From assembly GCF_964204865.1 (NCBI RefSeq), contig NC_135263.1, forward strand, positions 11,656,001-11,720,000: a DNA stretch of 64,000 nt. Direction: 5' to 3'. Made by a program: the position numbers and the translations under genes. The notes below the pieces were generated by a model. It was given only the letters and a program-made list of their open reading frames with translations. It made no database searches and was not told the origin of the DNA. The number at the start of each line of letters is the position of its first letter. Position 1 is the stretch's first letter. This stretch comes from Styela clava (Eukaryota). This document shows, piece by piece, positions 34,013 to 46,640 of this stretch.

Positions 34013-37000
34013 TTATCCGACAAATTTAGCTATCCAGGTCATTTCTTTATGATAATATTCTTCTGCTTCTTGTATGGTTGTGGTGAAAGAATGAGATGAA
34101 GTTTTTGGCATAACCAACATTGTCAGACCAGCACTGAGTCCAAGAATTCCGAATAAAGCCTAAAATTTGAATAAACGAAATTATTACGATAAATTCACAA
34201 CCACGCTTCAATATTGCTTTTATTCTGAGCCAAGTTTGAATTAAAGCGAAGATAAGAAATAATTATCCCGTAATCGCTATTTGCTATTACGCATTGCTGA
34301 AACCACACGATAATGATTTTAAATAAAGCATTCATGCACAGTATTATATCGACGTAGTAAATCAACGTGACAATGGAGTATAAATTTTCTCATTCAAGTC
34401 ATCTTGCCTCAGTTAATAATATCTTGCTGTTAAACCTACAGACAGGTCTGACAAGATAATGTTTACTGTTTAACTGAAATATAGTTATGGCAATTGCTAT
34501 CTTTTTTCTAAATTCTAAATCACTTTTCTCCAAAAATAATGGACCAGTCAATTTCAAATTTTCAGTACTCAGATAATGTCTGTCACACGACTTCTTTAAC
34601 TTGAATGCCTGCTAATTAAGAACAGGCTGAACTGCTAACGAGAACTGGGCTCGTTAGCTTGTGACTAGTTGCGAGCGCTCCAGCGTGTTGAAGAAAGTTG
34701 TCGAATGCCAATTTATTGAAAAATGTGAGGAGGAAGCACTTTACGAGGCGTTTAATTCGGCGCGAAAAAATTACCTCCAATATTTACGATATTTGTGAAT
34801 CTCATTTTCTCGCAGCATGGACTACCAGTATGTGAGGAGCAGTGGTTCTCAACCCAAGGGGGCCATGAAGCAGTTCGAGGGGGCCACGACACAAGTCTAA
34901 TAATTGATCATAACGGGATTTCGTTTGCATACTTTCCTTTAAAAAACAATTCCCCGTTCAGGCCTTCACTGCAGTTTCATTACCTGAATATGTTGTTTGA
35001 TCACAGGGTGTATTTACTTTATTGTGCGTGAATTATTTGTTTGTAATAGATTTTTTAAATCTACCAATCAAAATAGTCGCTGATAGGTCGCTGGTAACCT
35101 GCAGACGGGCGGTTTCACTAGACTGCGAAATAACTTTCGCTATCGTATCATGAAGGCAAAAACCTATTTGTAAATTCCTAATGCCCAAAATACGAAAATG
35201 GAACGACAGTTACGTTGGCTTTACAAAAGTAAATCAAGATGACAGAGAATGTGCCCAAAGCCTGCATTGCTCTTGCGTAATAAGCGATGAATCATCAAGT
35301 CCATCTAAACTCCAAAACCACCATGACAAAAATCATCCCCGGTTAAAAGACGTTGGCAGTTTCTTGGCTGCCAAGCGAGTTGGATTTGACAAGAAAGCAA
35401 CATTGGCCAAGTTTGATTTCTGTCGGTGGAAAAGCCTGCTCTTGAATGCAGCTATAAAAGTGGCATCGGATTCTTACCCATTACTTAGCAAAAAACTTCT
35501 TCACTGCTAGTTCAATTTGCCACAACTTATCTGTGTAAATCTGGTTTTTCTGGTCTTGTTACCATCAAACAAAATCTAGAAACCGTCTTGATTTTGACAG
35601 TGACACTCGTCTGGCTATATCAAAGACAGTGCTTAATATAAGCAATTTCTTCGGACAGTCCCGAGTACAAGATTCTCATTGATTGTATACTAAAAAACTT
35701 GGATTTTCTTTCAAGCTGATGCGCCTTGAAACGCACACACAAATGAAATGATAGTCACATTCCCTTTACGTAGTATATATATACACAACAGTACTAGAGT
35801 AGTTGTAACTAAGATCTCACTTGTGTAATCCATAATGTATCAAACGTTGTTTGAATAACAAATGGTATGATTATAGAACCCAGTCTTGCACATGTGGATG
35901 CGAGCGCCATGGCCTTGCCCCTGTAAAGTAAGCAAACAAAAAACGTTCTCACTATTCTGAATTACCATGATCTTGCGATATGTCAACATATTGTTGAAAA
36001 CGCTGACCAAATGAACCAAGTTAGAATATTTATTATCATAGACCGCATCACTTCAATACGGATATTTAATACTATCATACCTTGTGATGGTTGGAAAAAC
36101 GTCGTTCGTATATTGGTACGAAGCGAAGAAGGCAACAGTAGCAAAGAGTTTTCCAGCAATAGAAGCCCATCGTACAATTTGTAGTGCAACTGTTAAGGTG
36201 AACATTATAAAAGCTAGCTGCTGTGCTTGGATGATGGACGGAGTAGGGAATTTCACAAGTTTCAAGTGACAGTTACGACACTTAATTTTATTTTAATCAT
36301 AACGTCATTTTTCCAGAAGTCACCTTCGTGGACCAACGCGAGGATCATTAAAAATAAATTGAAGAATGCAGAAGGCAGAGAAGCCTACAAAATGTGAAAT
36401 TCATCGCTTTGAAAACACTATAATGAACTACTTAAAACTTCACCGTCATGATGAACATGGCTATTTATATTTGATTATCGGATTTTACTTCACTGTGAAT
36501 TCCAATACTAACTTTCATTTGTGTCATCTATTTTCCCTGTAATCATTGCTGTAAAACATAACATATATAGTCGGAACCAAACATTCCGACTATAAGACAT
36601 TGTTTGGCTCCATAGCTTTTGTTGACAATAGCGAACACAAGTACCGCGATGATTTCAGTCAAACCATTCAGGGTTGCATTTAAGTAAGGATCCCCTGTAA
36701 AAGTAACATGGAACGGATTATATGTTTTGTTGAAACAGACGCGGTTTTAGAAAGCTGCTTTTATCAGGTGCAAAACTAAGTGATAACAAGTAATTTGTAG
36801 CCGCTGTTTGTTGAATATATGATAATCGAATACAAATAGTGACCGTATCATAACATACAGCACCAGTTATCACGGTCAGTACCCTTTGCAATCAATAAGA
36901 ACAAAATTCAACAAAACTGAGAGCCGGCTAAACAAGTTTGATCAGGTACTATACAATTTTCAACACACCCCTTTTCAAAGGTTCCTCAACAGCGAGGTGC

Positions 37001-40000
37001 TCTTTATGACGAAGTTATCGAGGAAAGTGCTATTAACAGCTCGGCATCTATTATGTTGGCAGAAAAAGGATGGCCTGTGTAACACAGACTGTGTTATTTT
37101 AATCTATGAACTTTCCGCAGAATAGATCATTCAAATTTTGAAATATAAACTATTTGCGTGTCTGCATTATAGAAAACGTTAATTAATATCTCGGATAGAT
37201 CACAAGTTTCACATAACGTACATGTATGATTGTATGGTGTATAATGTGCGTTCAGATAACTCACCCATAAGGGAACCGACGTTTAGAACAAGACCGTAGT
37301 AAACACAGTTGGCGACGAGCCAAATATACATTATAACAAGCGATACGATTCTTATGAATGGCCGGCGGAAGAGATCGGTCAGATGAGTTCTGGTGTTGAC
37401 AAATTTCATCTTTTTCCTTTCTGTTTCGAGTATTATTTGCCAATCTTCGTCTTTTATAATTGTATCTTTACTTCTGGCATATCGGTTCAGTACCTTTCTT
37501 GCTTCTATTTCTCTTCCTTTCATAAGTAGCCATCTGAAGGTAATTGTGAACAGAAAAATATATTAATGGCACCGGAAGTGTAAAATGAAAGAGCGAAAGA
37601 CATGGAAACAGAACATTCCAACGAAAAGAAAAAATTTAGTTCAGAATATAGAGCTAAACGACGAATGAATATGGAAGGTAGGATGCAGAAATTAGAAGAC
37701 TTACCTTGGCGTTTCTGGTATGAATGGCCACGTGATAATAAACGGCAGTGCCAAAAGACTACAGGTCAGATTCAAATCTCTCCAGTTACGTAAGGAGTAT
37801 GCCATCATTGGAAATAAAGTGTCAATAATTGTAGTTACAAGAGGCGTGGTTGTGAAAACAGTAATTCTCAATTTTTGTCCCGCTATTTCATTTGCTTAAG
37901 AAAATTTTACTGAATAGTCAGAGGGGAAAATCAATCAATCATAAGTACAATTATAACATCGAAACTTACCATAGGAAAACGCAGCGCCGTATAATGCCAA
38001 TCCTGTGGCACCTTCCAGAAAACGAAATATGCAATAAACCTCGAACGTCGGAGCAAATGTGCAGCCTATTCCAGATACCATTAATCCAACAGAAAGAATG
38101 AGAAGAGATAGTCTACGTCCGAACCTTTTGAAAAAGGTTTCTTTCATTATTGACGACTTGAATATATATATATAGATATATAATTTATCCGAGAAATGGT
38201 ACTTCAGTCTCTCGAGTCTCAACTTTGAAGTATCGCTCACCTCCACAAAAATGATGATTAACGCCTTTGGCATTATTCAGGAATAGTGGTACTGGTACCT
38301 TCAACTAGTGGTACTGGTACCTACAACTACGCACAAATGATTGCGCAGGTCACTTGTCATAGTCCATATTGCAATATGCCCACTATAGAAGAGACCATTC
38401 AGGTAGCTATTGGGACCATATAAAACCATCCTTCATCAAGTCAACGACTAAGTCTCGCATGTGTGTATAACAGCGATGTATATAACTCACCAGTCAAAGA
38501 TATATCCAGCTGGGGTAGATCCAACGAGTATTCCAACAAAATACAGTGATTGTAACACGGAATTTAAAACACGTCTGTCCCAAACCAGGTCCCACTGAAA
38601 AAAAAAATCGATCCTTAACAAGGACCATGTCCATGCTGGATATGCTATACTCGTTTAAAGAAGCCATGTATTTCAAAGAATTTGAAACTCCCGTATTGTA
38701 GGTATGCTGCTTTCAATGAGGTTATGTAGCTTTCAAAAAGGATATGCTACTCTTAAACGGCTATACTTGTTTTAAGAAGGATTATATGGTCTTTTTATGA
38801 GGACACTTGAGCAGATATATCCCAGAAAACAATCAAGAAATTTTCCAATGATCCAACCGAAACATTGATAGAGATTAGTAATTTGATAGCATTATTACCT
38901 CTGTCACAACTGTGTTATCGTAGTAACTCTTGTCGTAAAAATAGCCCTTGTCGCAATTCATTATGCCATCACCAGATGCGTTAATTAGACATGATAAATT
39001 TCCAGATATCAGACATTCCGTTGAATTATAGATGTATCGATGGCAGGAATCATCTAACTTGAAAGATATTTTATAATCTCACTGCTTCATGCCGATAAGA
39101 AAGTTTACATATTTTAAGAGGTGTTTAAACTAGCTTCTGTGGTCAATTGGGAATACTCTGTTATTCTACGTAGCAGGAATGACACAAATGGTGTAAAAAG
39201 TTGTAATTAGAAACATGCAAAATAAATGAGCATTGCTATAACCGGAACAATATATATAATATTTTTAGATAACTACAGTTTCAAGATTGTTGTAAAATAG
39301 TTGCATTCGGAGTATTTCATTCACACGACAAAAAAAATTAATCATTCCAATATTAATGGAATCACGCAAAGCAACCAAGCATTTCCGTTCGGCAAAAGTT
39401 ACCTAAATTGTTTCTACTCACAGGAATAGCCAAGGATTTTATCTCATCTTCACTCGCATTTTTAAAAAGAGTCTTGTCTTCAAACTCAGGTAACGAACAT
39501 CTGTTGGGGAAGAAATTAGATAAAATTATTAAGTAGAGATCGAATGAATGTTTTCGGAAATGATTCACCTATGATAGATTGATAATATAATTCACGATTA
39601 GAACTATTTCATTCATCGAATAACTACGTTTCATTCATATACTTCATTGAAAGTAGCCTACATCAAGAATATTTGATAATTAAATGGAAGATTTAATTGT
39701 TGACATTTCATTTTTAATGGCAGCAGGGAGAGGCCAGAACATATATGAGCAGAGCTCTCTTGTTTCAGTTGTTTTCTGTGTTTGTGTGACGCCTTCCGAT
39801 GACGTTATTCTCACGCCACTGACTACACTGCACAATACATCGTAATGTATTCCTTTTGCCAAATGTAAGTCGGCTGCATGCCTGTAGAATTTGTCTACCA
39901 ATTAACTTACTGTAGAAATTTTATCTTACTGAAAGTTTTGTGAAAACTATAACTTGTTTATATACTTTCATCAAAACATTACATGTGTTTTTGTGTGGAT

Positions 40001-40408
40001 TAGTTACTTTGTGTGGTGTTGTGTGGAAATTTCGATTGGCAACATTGCCCAACAACATGATTATAATTAAATTCAAATTATTTTTTCTCTCTCGCAAGTT
40101 GTCATTAAATACCAAAAATTCCATGCCGATCTTGGGATGTAGCCTAAATCCCTAGCAATAAACTGAAGAATTTTCCCAGATCCTCGCGTTTTCTTAATCA
40201 AGGAAGGTAACAGAATAACTTTCAAGCTTCTTCAAAATGTTATCAAAACAGTATAACGTAAACCTCACCTGTGCTTTGGTATAGCATTGTAGAACACACC
40301 CGATTGTGGTGTGACAGCTGAAATTGCAGCTGACAATGTGACCGAAATTATTGAAAGAATCTGTACGTTATTCACACTCAATCTGCTTTCAATTTTATCT
40401 AAATCCAT
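34013..40408 (-). pseudogene. SLC22-family organic ion transporter, paralog A, frameshifted
   Basis: Multi-exon MFS gene (HRC, DWFGRR, PETPRWL, DLFRRP, YYGL, DVFPT); 5-bp duplication acata at 36556-36565 gives TGA at 36543-36545; WDLVC changed to WDLVW. Confidence 0.82.
34840..35681 (+). mobile_element. Buster/Charlie hAT deletion derivative in an SLC22-A intron
   Basis: Left TIR cagtggttctcaacc; decayed BED-finger N-terminus (RKWNDSYVGFT..PSKLQNHHDKNHP) and C-terminus (FATTYLCKSGFS..RNRLD..SH*); right TIR not found. Confidence 0.8.
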
Positions 40409-40691
40409 TTTTTTCCAACAGTAATGATAATATAGAAGTACTTTTAACCAGGTTACCAGGTATCTTATAACGTTATGAAGCTTTTTCTCGCGTTTTAAAT
40501 AGCAGCATGCCCGTGTTTGCGTCGCGCTGTCTGCAGAGATTTTCGAGAAACAATGGCATATTCTAACGCAGGGATGTGCAAAGTGCGGCCAACGGGCCAA
40601 ATGCGGCCCGCAAGGGAAAAATATGCGGCCCGCGGAGAAGTACCAATTTTGAATAGTGTTGCGGTCAGCGAAACGTGTTTTCAGTTTAGTT

Positions 40692-41895
40692 CAGCGCTTC
40701 TCAATCGGTGGTCTGCGGCCCATTGGTGGGCCGCAAACAATGTTCCCTTTAATTTTTTGTAGTATTATATGTGTGCGCAGAAATTTTGGTGTGTGCGCAC
40801 TTTTTTGGAAATGACTAATATTTGTGCAAAAACCAATGAAAAATTTTTGGCGTTCTAACCGGGTAATAAGTGGGCCAACAACAAACTTTCTCAACTTTCT
40901 TTCAGAGGCTGCGTGCGCGCACACACCTTAGAGGGAACACTGGCCGCCAAGCATCACATGGTGAGCCGTGAACTCAAATTATCAAATTATTCGTATTTTT
41001 CTATATTTTGTGTTATAGTTAGAATTATTTATATACGTTTAAATTATATTGGATGTCGTAAAAATTACGGCTTTACATAATTTCACTTTTTCAACGTAAT
41101 GAAAATGAGTCCGTAAATAAGAAGCCTTGCGAGGTAATGGCGCAATTCCCAGCACTTAGTCGTGCAAATTTGTAGCATTAAGAAAGTTTCTGATTTTCTA
41201 TGTAAAAAATCTAAGATCTGAAAATGCACGCTCAGACTCAACTGACGTAGGTTTGATTTTTTTTTTATACGTTTTCCCCGTGTTTCTGGCCTCTCCCTGC
41301 TTGTCTCATATAGCAGTATTTCCTTCTCAACCATCGCCATTCGACTTCCATAAGCACAACTTTGTCACTCTTCGAAATTTTGATCAATACAAGAACTTTT
41401 TAGTTGCGTTTGGATTTGAAATCGAAGACAATCCACAACTATCGGTGTCTATATAAAGGGGGATTCGCGTAGGCTACGAATTAATATGTTTAAAAGAAGT
41501 CTGTACAACATGTGTAATGGGATTTATAGACGTTTAAACATTTTTGACCTTATTCAATTTTTCGGCGGAGGGGCATTTTTTCCAGCGCGTGATCTCCGAC
41601 CTGGAAGAGCTGAATCCCGGGATTCTATTCAAAATAATCTTCTTATCAGGATTGAAAAACACTTTTTATTACAATACGTGAGAAATCGCAGAAAATTGTT
41701 TTAAGATTTTAATCGAAAACGAAACGCCTAGCTGATGCCGAAAAGTGGATATCATTCGAAAATATTCGAATACTCGATTCGTTTTAAAAACCCTCGATTT
41801 GACTTATCTCTGAAAAAATGATAATGAAAGTGATCCGCGAAGTAATACTCTCGATGAAAGTGGGCCACGATATAAAAAAAAGTTGAGAAGAACTG
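40692..41895. mobile_element. Nested hAT element (level 2)
   Basis: Ends cagcgcttctcaa / ttgagaagaactg; perfect TSD gtttagtt. Confidence 0.85.
40738..40942. mobile_element. Nested hAT MITE (level 3)
   Basis: Ends caatgttccct / agggaacactg; TSD gccgcaaa / gccgccaa. Confidence 0.8.
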
Positions 41896-41961
41896 GTTTA
41901 GTTTAATTGGGTTCCTTTTGCGTTGCAAAGCTTATATCCGAGTCCAATTTATTATCTATAC

Positions 41962-42421
41962 CAAGGGTGGGCAAACCCAGGCTTGCAAGCCGCATGTGGC
42001 TCGTCGGAGTTTTTATGCGGCTCTTTTCGCTAGCAATAATTATATATTATCCAGGTTTAACTACGAGAAACTGTAGCGTAACAGTTTTTTTTTAATTCAT
42101 TAAGCGGTTGAAGAAGTTTTCATCAATGATTAAGACAAATTATGTTTTAGTATGAAAATCGTAGCATGGAATTTAATTTAAATCAGTTAAACGACAAATC
42201 TTACATCCCGAGGGTCAAATGTTTGTTGCTGCGTTGGGGCTTTCAACTACTTCTGATATGGCCTCGCAATATATACTTTGCAATATTGATATTATATGTT
42301 GGTATAAAGTTCTTTTCAGTTCACGGCATTCTAATATTATTAATTTCAAAAATTATGCGTCTGTCACATATTTCAGACTTGCTTCATGCGGCTCTTATAC
42401 TAAAAATGTTGCCAACCCCTA
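41962..42421. mobile_element. Nested hAT MITE (level 2, second insertion)
   Basis: Ends caagggtgggcaa / ttgccaaccccta; TSD atctatac / atctttgc (6/8). Confidence 0.7.
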
Positions 42422-43086
42422 ATCTTTGCCTACATCAGTACAATGTCCTAACAGCGAAGCGAGCAACGCGGTTCACAAAGCTGTCACTTGCTGATCAGCG
42501 AGCAATTTGAATTCGGCGTGACAATAAATTTGACTTTGAGTAACATTTTCCAGAAATTTATGAGTTTTAACTCATCATTTCTGCTAGGACCCTTAATAAT
42601 GCCATAAGATCAATAACAAAAAGACACTATTTTGTGCCTGCAACTAACAGAAGAAAGCATATGTTAAATGAAAGTGCGGCCCGCTGTTTTACCCAGTTGT
42701 TGATATCTGGCCCGCCTGCGAAAAAGGTTGCACACCCCTGCTCTAACGCAATTGAGAATACATTTGAATTAATACACGCAACATGACATCGACAACTTAG
42801 CTCCTCAAATGCAAAAAATGAATGATTTTAAACAGCTTCATGTACAGCGTGACACGTTGCTATCACGAGGTTTCCTTATCGGAAGTTTTGCAACGCTACG
42901 TGCTTGGCAGATACGTTTTTGTTTTTATAATCCATGAATGATGTTACATTTCGCGTAAGCTGTCGGTTACGTCAGAAAACAGTACAGTTATAAGAAATTT
43001 TTATAGGAACGCTTCAAAAAATTTCTTCAACTCTAGTTTAACCATATATACTCAAACTTCCACAAAACTTAAAATAAAATAACGTA

Positions 43087-45100
43087 TGTAACGTAGCGAG
43101 GATTTTAGGCGATGACGTTCGACGGTAATACACCGTGTAAAAAAATACCTTCCATCTTTTTCCTCGCTAAACGACAATTTATTGGACTTTTGAAAACTGG
43201 CCAATACTCGACTATTCTGTTTCCCTAGTACACAGGTTCACAAGATGAGCAGTCAGAACTATTATTGCTCTTTTGTTTTCAACGCTCGGATACGAATGAA
43301 GAAATCAAAGTCAGAAAAAAAAAACAGTGTGCGCGAAGCAACAGACACTGGCTTAAAAAGGACAAGCAATTAAAAACACACTGCAACACAACAAACGCGC
43401 AGGTTTAATACCTTACACCTCCCTTCCTTACTACAAAGAAATTCAAGTAGTCAATTTCTTTCGCACAAAATATGGGTACAAGTAAATTCAACATGTAAAT
43501 AAAAGAAAAAATATATATATATACATCATCTTCTCAGAATGAGGGCGTTATTACTTGAGCTTGGGATAATGCAATAGTTGAAAAAAAATATTGAAATACA
43601 TTAAGCACTGAAATGCGATAATTACAAAATTCACACAATAGATAACGATTACACTGAGAATACAATAGCAATGTAATATTAAAAATTAAACGTGAGATTA
43701 CAATAAATTCACACACACAATAATATGAAGACACGGAAATAACTTTGAAACACGAGTTTTCGAAACATGGGGTTTGGTATATTGTATTTGTGAGGTAATG
43801 AGAAAATATGTTCACGACAAACCAAAGATTCACGTCCTGTAAAAAGGGTTTTAGTCTATTAAAATGAACTCGAATACTGGTCTGAGATTTCCTAAGATTT
43901 TCATCAACGAGTTTAATCAGAAAATTCTGATTTTCCAAAACTTCAATAATCTTGTAAGGGCCATTCCATAAATACGCAATCTTAGTAGTCTCGCCAATAG
44001 GTACAGAAGGAGTATAAAGCATCATTATTCCATTTACGTAAGAATCGTTGGAAATAGCCGTTTTATTATACTGCTTTTCCATAGATTTACGGGATTTGTC
44101 AAGACGCTTTCGCACCAATGAAGCAACGTAATCTTTTCTAGACATAATATCTAATACACTATCAATTTCACAAGAAAAAGTTCGTGAAAATTGTCGGCTG
44201 CTGAATCTACCAGGTTAAAAGGTGTATCTTTTGGTGCAATTCCGTGAGCCAATGTAATGGGTGGAATGTCAGTCGAATCATGTACGGCAGTATTGTAAGC
44301 ATAACATGCTTAGGGTAAAACAGGTCCCAATCTATTTTTTAGAAACCGTCAAATGTGACAAAATCTTTAACAACGTTCTTTGACATCTCTCTGTACCTCC
44401 GTTACCCATTGGATGGAAAAAAGTTTTCTTAATGCCATACTCTCTACACATGTCTTTAAAATAAAACTTTTAAAATTTGAACCTGAATCATAATGCAAAG
44501 TTTTCGGAGGGCTTTGATTACAAATCCACTCAGATACAAATAAAGGTGTTATCGTACTAGCTCTTTGGTCGGGAATTGCTATAGTCAATGTAAAAAGCTA
44601 CTAAAGTTGTCAATCATAGGTAAAGTATATTTATTGCCGGAATTGCTCTTTGATATCGTGATAACATCACAACTTATCCGCTAGTTAATGCCACTAAAAA
44701 CTGTTGGAATCAGGTGTTTATCACGAGCGGGGACTGGATTTTTTCTGCGCTGACTGTTCAAACAAGACTTTATATTTGAATATTCATATATTGAATGCCA
44801 GTAATTGAATTGCATTGCTCGCAAATGAGTTTTCCTAACACCCAAATGTCCTGAAGTACTTTTATCGGGAACATGATGAAGTACTAGAGGATAAAAACTT
44901 TAGGAACCACGATTCTGTAAGAATATTTTCCAAGTTTTGAGTCTTCAAAACGTCTATACAATACGTCATCAATGATTTTCAAATCATCAAATTCAGACCA
45001 CGAGGTTTTCAAATCTGCTTGTGCTAGGTACAATATGTTGCTCCGTTTAAAAATTTATCTATTTTGCTAAACTTTAACATTCTTTGACTTTTTTAATCAA
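43087..45100 (-). mobile_element. Gypsy LTR retrotransposon remnant: decayed integrase, PPT, 3' LTR
   Basis: GHLGVRKTH, DSGSNFKS, WNGPYKIIE..VHFNRLKPF; PPT aaggaagggagg (43429-43418) directly precedes an LTR tgtaa...ttaca (43417-43087). Confidence 0.85.
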
Positions 45101-46640
45101 AGACCACTGGGCACTGATTCTGCAAACTCACACTTTATTTATATTCGATTACTATACGTGCTATGTGTCAGGTATTTGAATTGGTGTCGCTCAAGCTAGC
45201 GTAAAAGCAGGTTAACTATACGTTAGTAGAGTAGAGTGGTAGACTAACGCAAAAATAACAAAAGATAAAAAACAATTTGTAAAAAGAAGAGAAAAGGTGC
45301 AATTCCTGTGCGGCACACCTGGCATCGTCTCGCGGCACACCGGTTGCGGAGCACTGTTCTAGAAAAGTCTTCCGCAATATTTATTCTTTGCTGTCATGCC
45401 AATCTTGTGATGACCATTTAATTTATAAGCGCATTAGATTCATATTTGGTCAAATTAACTGATTTCTCATGCAAAATTTGATTCTAATAATTAATTTCAT
45501 GTATTATCCCATCTTTTTATAACACCACACGAGTCCTAACACATTTCATTGAGCTGTCTATTCCGACCAATAATGTGGCATCCGTAAGTTCTCCCACAGG
45601 TAGCTCTCTTCTTTTTGTGTTTTAGTAAGCACATCTCTGTCATTAAGCTCTAGAATTTGTAAGTTCTAGTTTTCATGTTGTTTTTATTTATTCAGCTGAT
45701 ATTTGAGTGATAGTCATACAAATAGATTAAATTGTATGCAACTGCCGGAATAAACCGACTCACTGATGTCCATTACTACTGCGATACTGTAATAAAGTCG
45801 AAGATACAAATGTTGGATGAGATCGGGCTTTTCAAGTATTTCTGGTGTTACCCGCACATTGAATTATTCCATATCATAGTTAGGTGATAGCACCAGTTAT
45901 TATCTACAATTACATCAAAGTTACAGTCTGCAACAATATCTCGTCACCTACAAAACAATCTACATGAACCTTAAAATATTTTAATCATTGTAATGAAGCA
46001 TGATCTGTACGTATGGTAAATTTCTTTCCAAGTAAGTTCGAAAATGTTGAACTAAGTATACAATATCAAACAGTTCTTGCTTGGTTTTGTAGCGAATGTG
46101 CATTGTGTAACTATGGATTATAATGTATTTAACCCTTTCATATTAATAGCATGTAATATTTCACAAAATAGGCCGCATTATGTTTCGCAACAGCGATAAT
46201 GCATTCGCTCCATGTATTGCCTTTCTCGTTCCGACCACATATCGTTTCCGGTTTGCCGAGAATGCTCTATAATATTGTGTTTTTTGTTTCACTCGATATA
46301 TGACTCGATATATGAAGTCAGCGGTAATATCTCACAGAGTAAATTTATTTCAAAAAATGAATTAAATATACTTTACATTAATTATTATACATATATCCTA
46401 GTCGTATAAGCTAATTTTAAGAGCTAAATCTGATTAATTTATGTTTTGAAACTACTTACATTTTGCACCATATTTTCATTGATACATGTACCAGCGGATG
46501 TATGAACAGGGGCCAACGGAGAATGCAAAACAAGATATCACAATAATCATGAAATAATTTCAAATTCACAAAGATGAGATTGTCGATGTGGTTCATTAAT
46601 TAATTCAGTTTTACTGCTTCGATAAATCATCATATAAAAA

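Larger units (their letters stand above)
40569..42740. mobile_element. hAT MITE hosting three further hAT MITEs
   Basis: Ends cagggatgtgcaa / ttgcacacccctg; TSD ttctaacg / ctctaacg. Confidence 0.85.

Noticed and set aside
34635-34659. 9-bp hairpin gctaacgag/ctcgttagc
   Set aside because: Isolated, with no supporting context; could occur by chance
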